A stretch of 64,000 bases of DNA from a virus, in IMG/VR virus record IMGVR_UViG_3300036772_000557, positions 26,449-90,448 of that record; one strand, written 5' to 3'. Both the position numbers and the translations under genes were made by a program. Below, piece by piece: positions 63,348-64,000 of the stretch (the first letter of the stretch is position 1; each line of letters starts with the position of its first letter). The notes under the pieces were generated by a model. It did no database searches. It worked only from the letters and a program-made list of their open reading frames with translations, and was not told the DNA's origin.

Positions 63348-64000
63348 GGCACCCGCTGGGCGGCGACGTCGTCGAATCCTCGACCGTCGCCGTCTAGCGT
63401 TGCCTGCTTGCCTGTGAAATCCTGCCAGCGCTTGACCGCCATGTCGGCGTATTGCGGGGCGATCTCAATCGCGTGCGCCACGCGGCCGGTCATTTCGGCC
63501 GCGATAATCGTTGTGCCGCTGCCGCTGAACGGCTCGTAGACCGCCTGCCCGGGCGACGAGTTATTCTCGATCGGGCGCTTCATGCACTCGACCGGCTTCT
63601 GGGTGCCGTGTCCGGTCTCCGATTTCAAATTCTTGTCGATCTTCCACAGCGTGGTCTGCGTCCGGTCGCCGGCCCAATGGCCGGTGGCGTTTTTTTTGAC
63701 GGCGTACCAGCACGGCTCGTGCTGCATGTGGTAATGACCGCGGCCGATCGCGAAATTGTTCTTCGCCCAGATGATCTGGGTCCGCACCTCGATACCGCAG
63801 GCCGCCAGGCTCTCCTGGACGATCGCAGCTTTAGTACAAGCGTGCCACACATAGGCGACGGCGCCGGGGAATAGGGCCCAGGCCTCGCGCCAATCAGCCC
63901 GGTCGTCATTCACGACCTCGCCGATGGCACGCGATGCCTTTTTCTGCCCGATGATCCCCTGGGCTGCGGCGCGATTCCGCCACGCCGGATCGTAACTCAC
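63311..64000 (-). CDS. DNA methyltransferase (adenine, ParB-MTase type), 5'-truncated by the window edge
   Basis: IIWAK...GRGHYH.QHEPCWYAV, HGTQKPVE.M.RPI.N.S, YEPFSGSGTT. Confidence 0.92.
   Translation of the reverse strand: MSYDPAWRNRAAAQGIIGQKKASRAIGEVVNDDRADWREAWALFPGAVAYVWHACTKAAIVQESLAACGIEVRTQIIWAKNNFAIGRGHYHMQHEPCWYAVKKNATGHWAGDRTQTTLWKIDKNLKSETGHGTQKPVECMKRPIENNSSPGQAVYEPFSGSGTTIIAAEMTGRVAHAIEIAPQYADMAVKRWQDFTGKQATLDGDGRGFDDVAAQRVPQQAAPRPEAAA

Larger units (their letters stand above)
1..64000 (-). mobile_element. Tailed phage/prophage late region (siphovirus-like), extending beyond both window edges
   Basis: Canonical order terS-terL-portal-protease-capsid-neck-terminator-tube-chaperone-tape measure-tip-lysis on the minus strand. 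No sheath gene and no host housekeeping genes seen. Confidence 0.97.

Noticed and set aside
1-64000. CRISPR array, tRNA, rRNA, integrase or transposase
   Set aside because: No regularly spaced repeat-spacer units, cloverleafs, or recombinase/transposase motifs were recognised by eye.

Overview
The window is the late (morphogenesis and lysis) region of a long-tailed, siphovirus-like tailed phage or prophage. It is GC-rich, and the host is probably an alphaproteobacterium. Almost all genes are on the minus strand. Read right to left they are: partial DNA methylase, terminase small and large subunits, a second methylase, portal fused to a Mu-F-like domain, a ~13 kb accessory block, prohead protease/scaffold, major capsid, HNH endonuclease, head-tail proteins, tail terminator and tube, radical SAM enzyme, double glycosyltransferase, tail chaperones, a 2882-aa tape measure, fibre/tip proteins, and the lysis genes. 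Two candidate undescribed systems stand out. (1) About 13 signal-peptide proteins include cadherin/Ig-like domains that stop after strand F. Several glycan enzymes/lectins (GH30, GH16-like, beta-helix) begin with a lone strand that looks like the missing G strand. This suggests a phage-encoded donor-strand-complementation (pilus-like, mix-and-match) assembly. (2) A prolyl-hydroxylase-like 2OG-Fe(II) oxygenase, DUF6065, a two-domain GT2 and a radical SAM enzyme occur together with polyproline tracts in more than 10 structural or secreted proteins. This suggests hydroxyproline-directed modification or glycosylation of the virion. The accessory block has its own sigma70-like promoter, a candidate operator and a divergent RHH regulator. 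All family calls come from motif recognition by eye; no searches were run.
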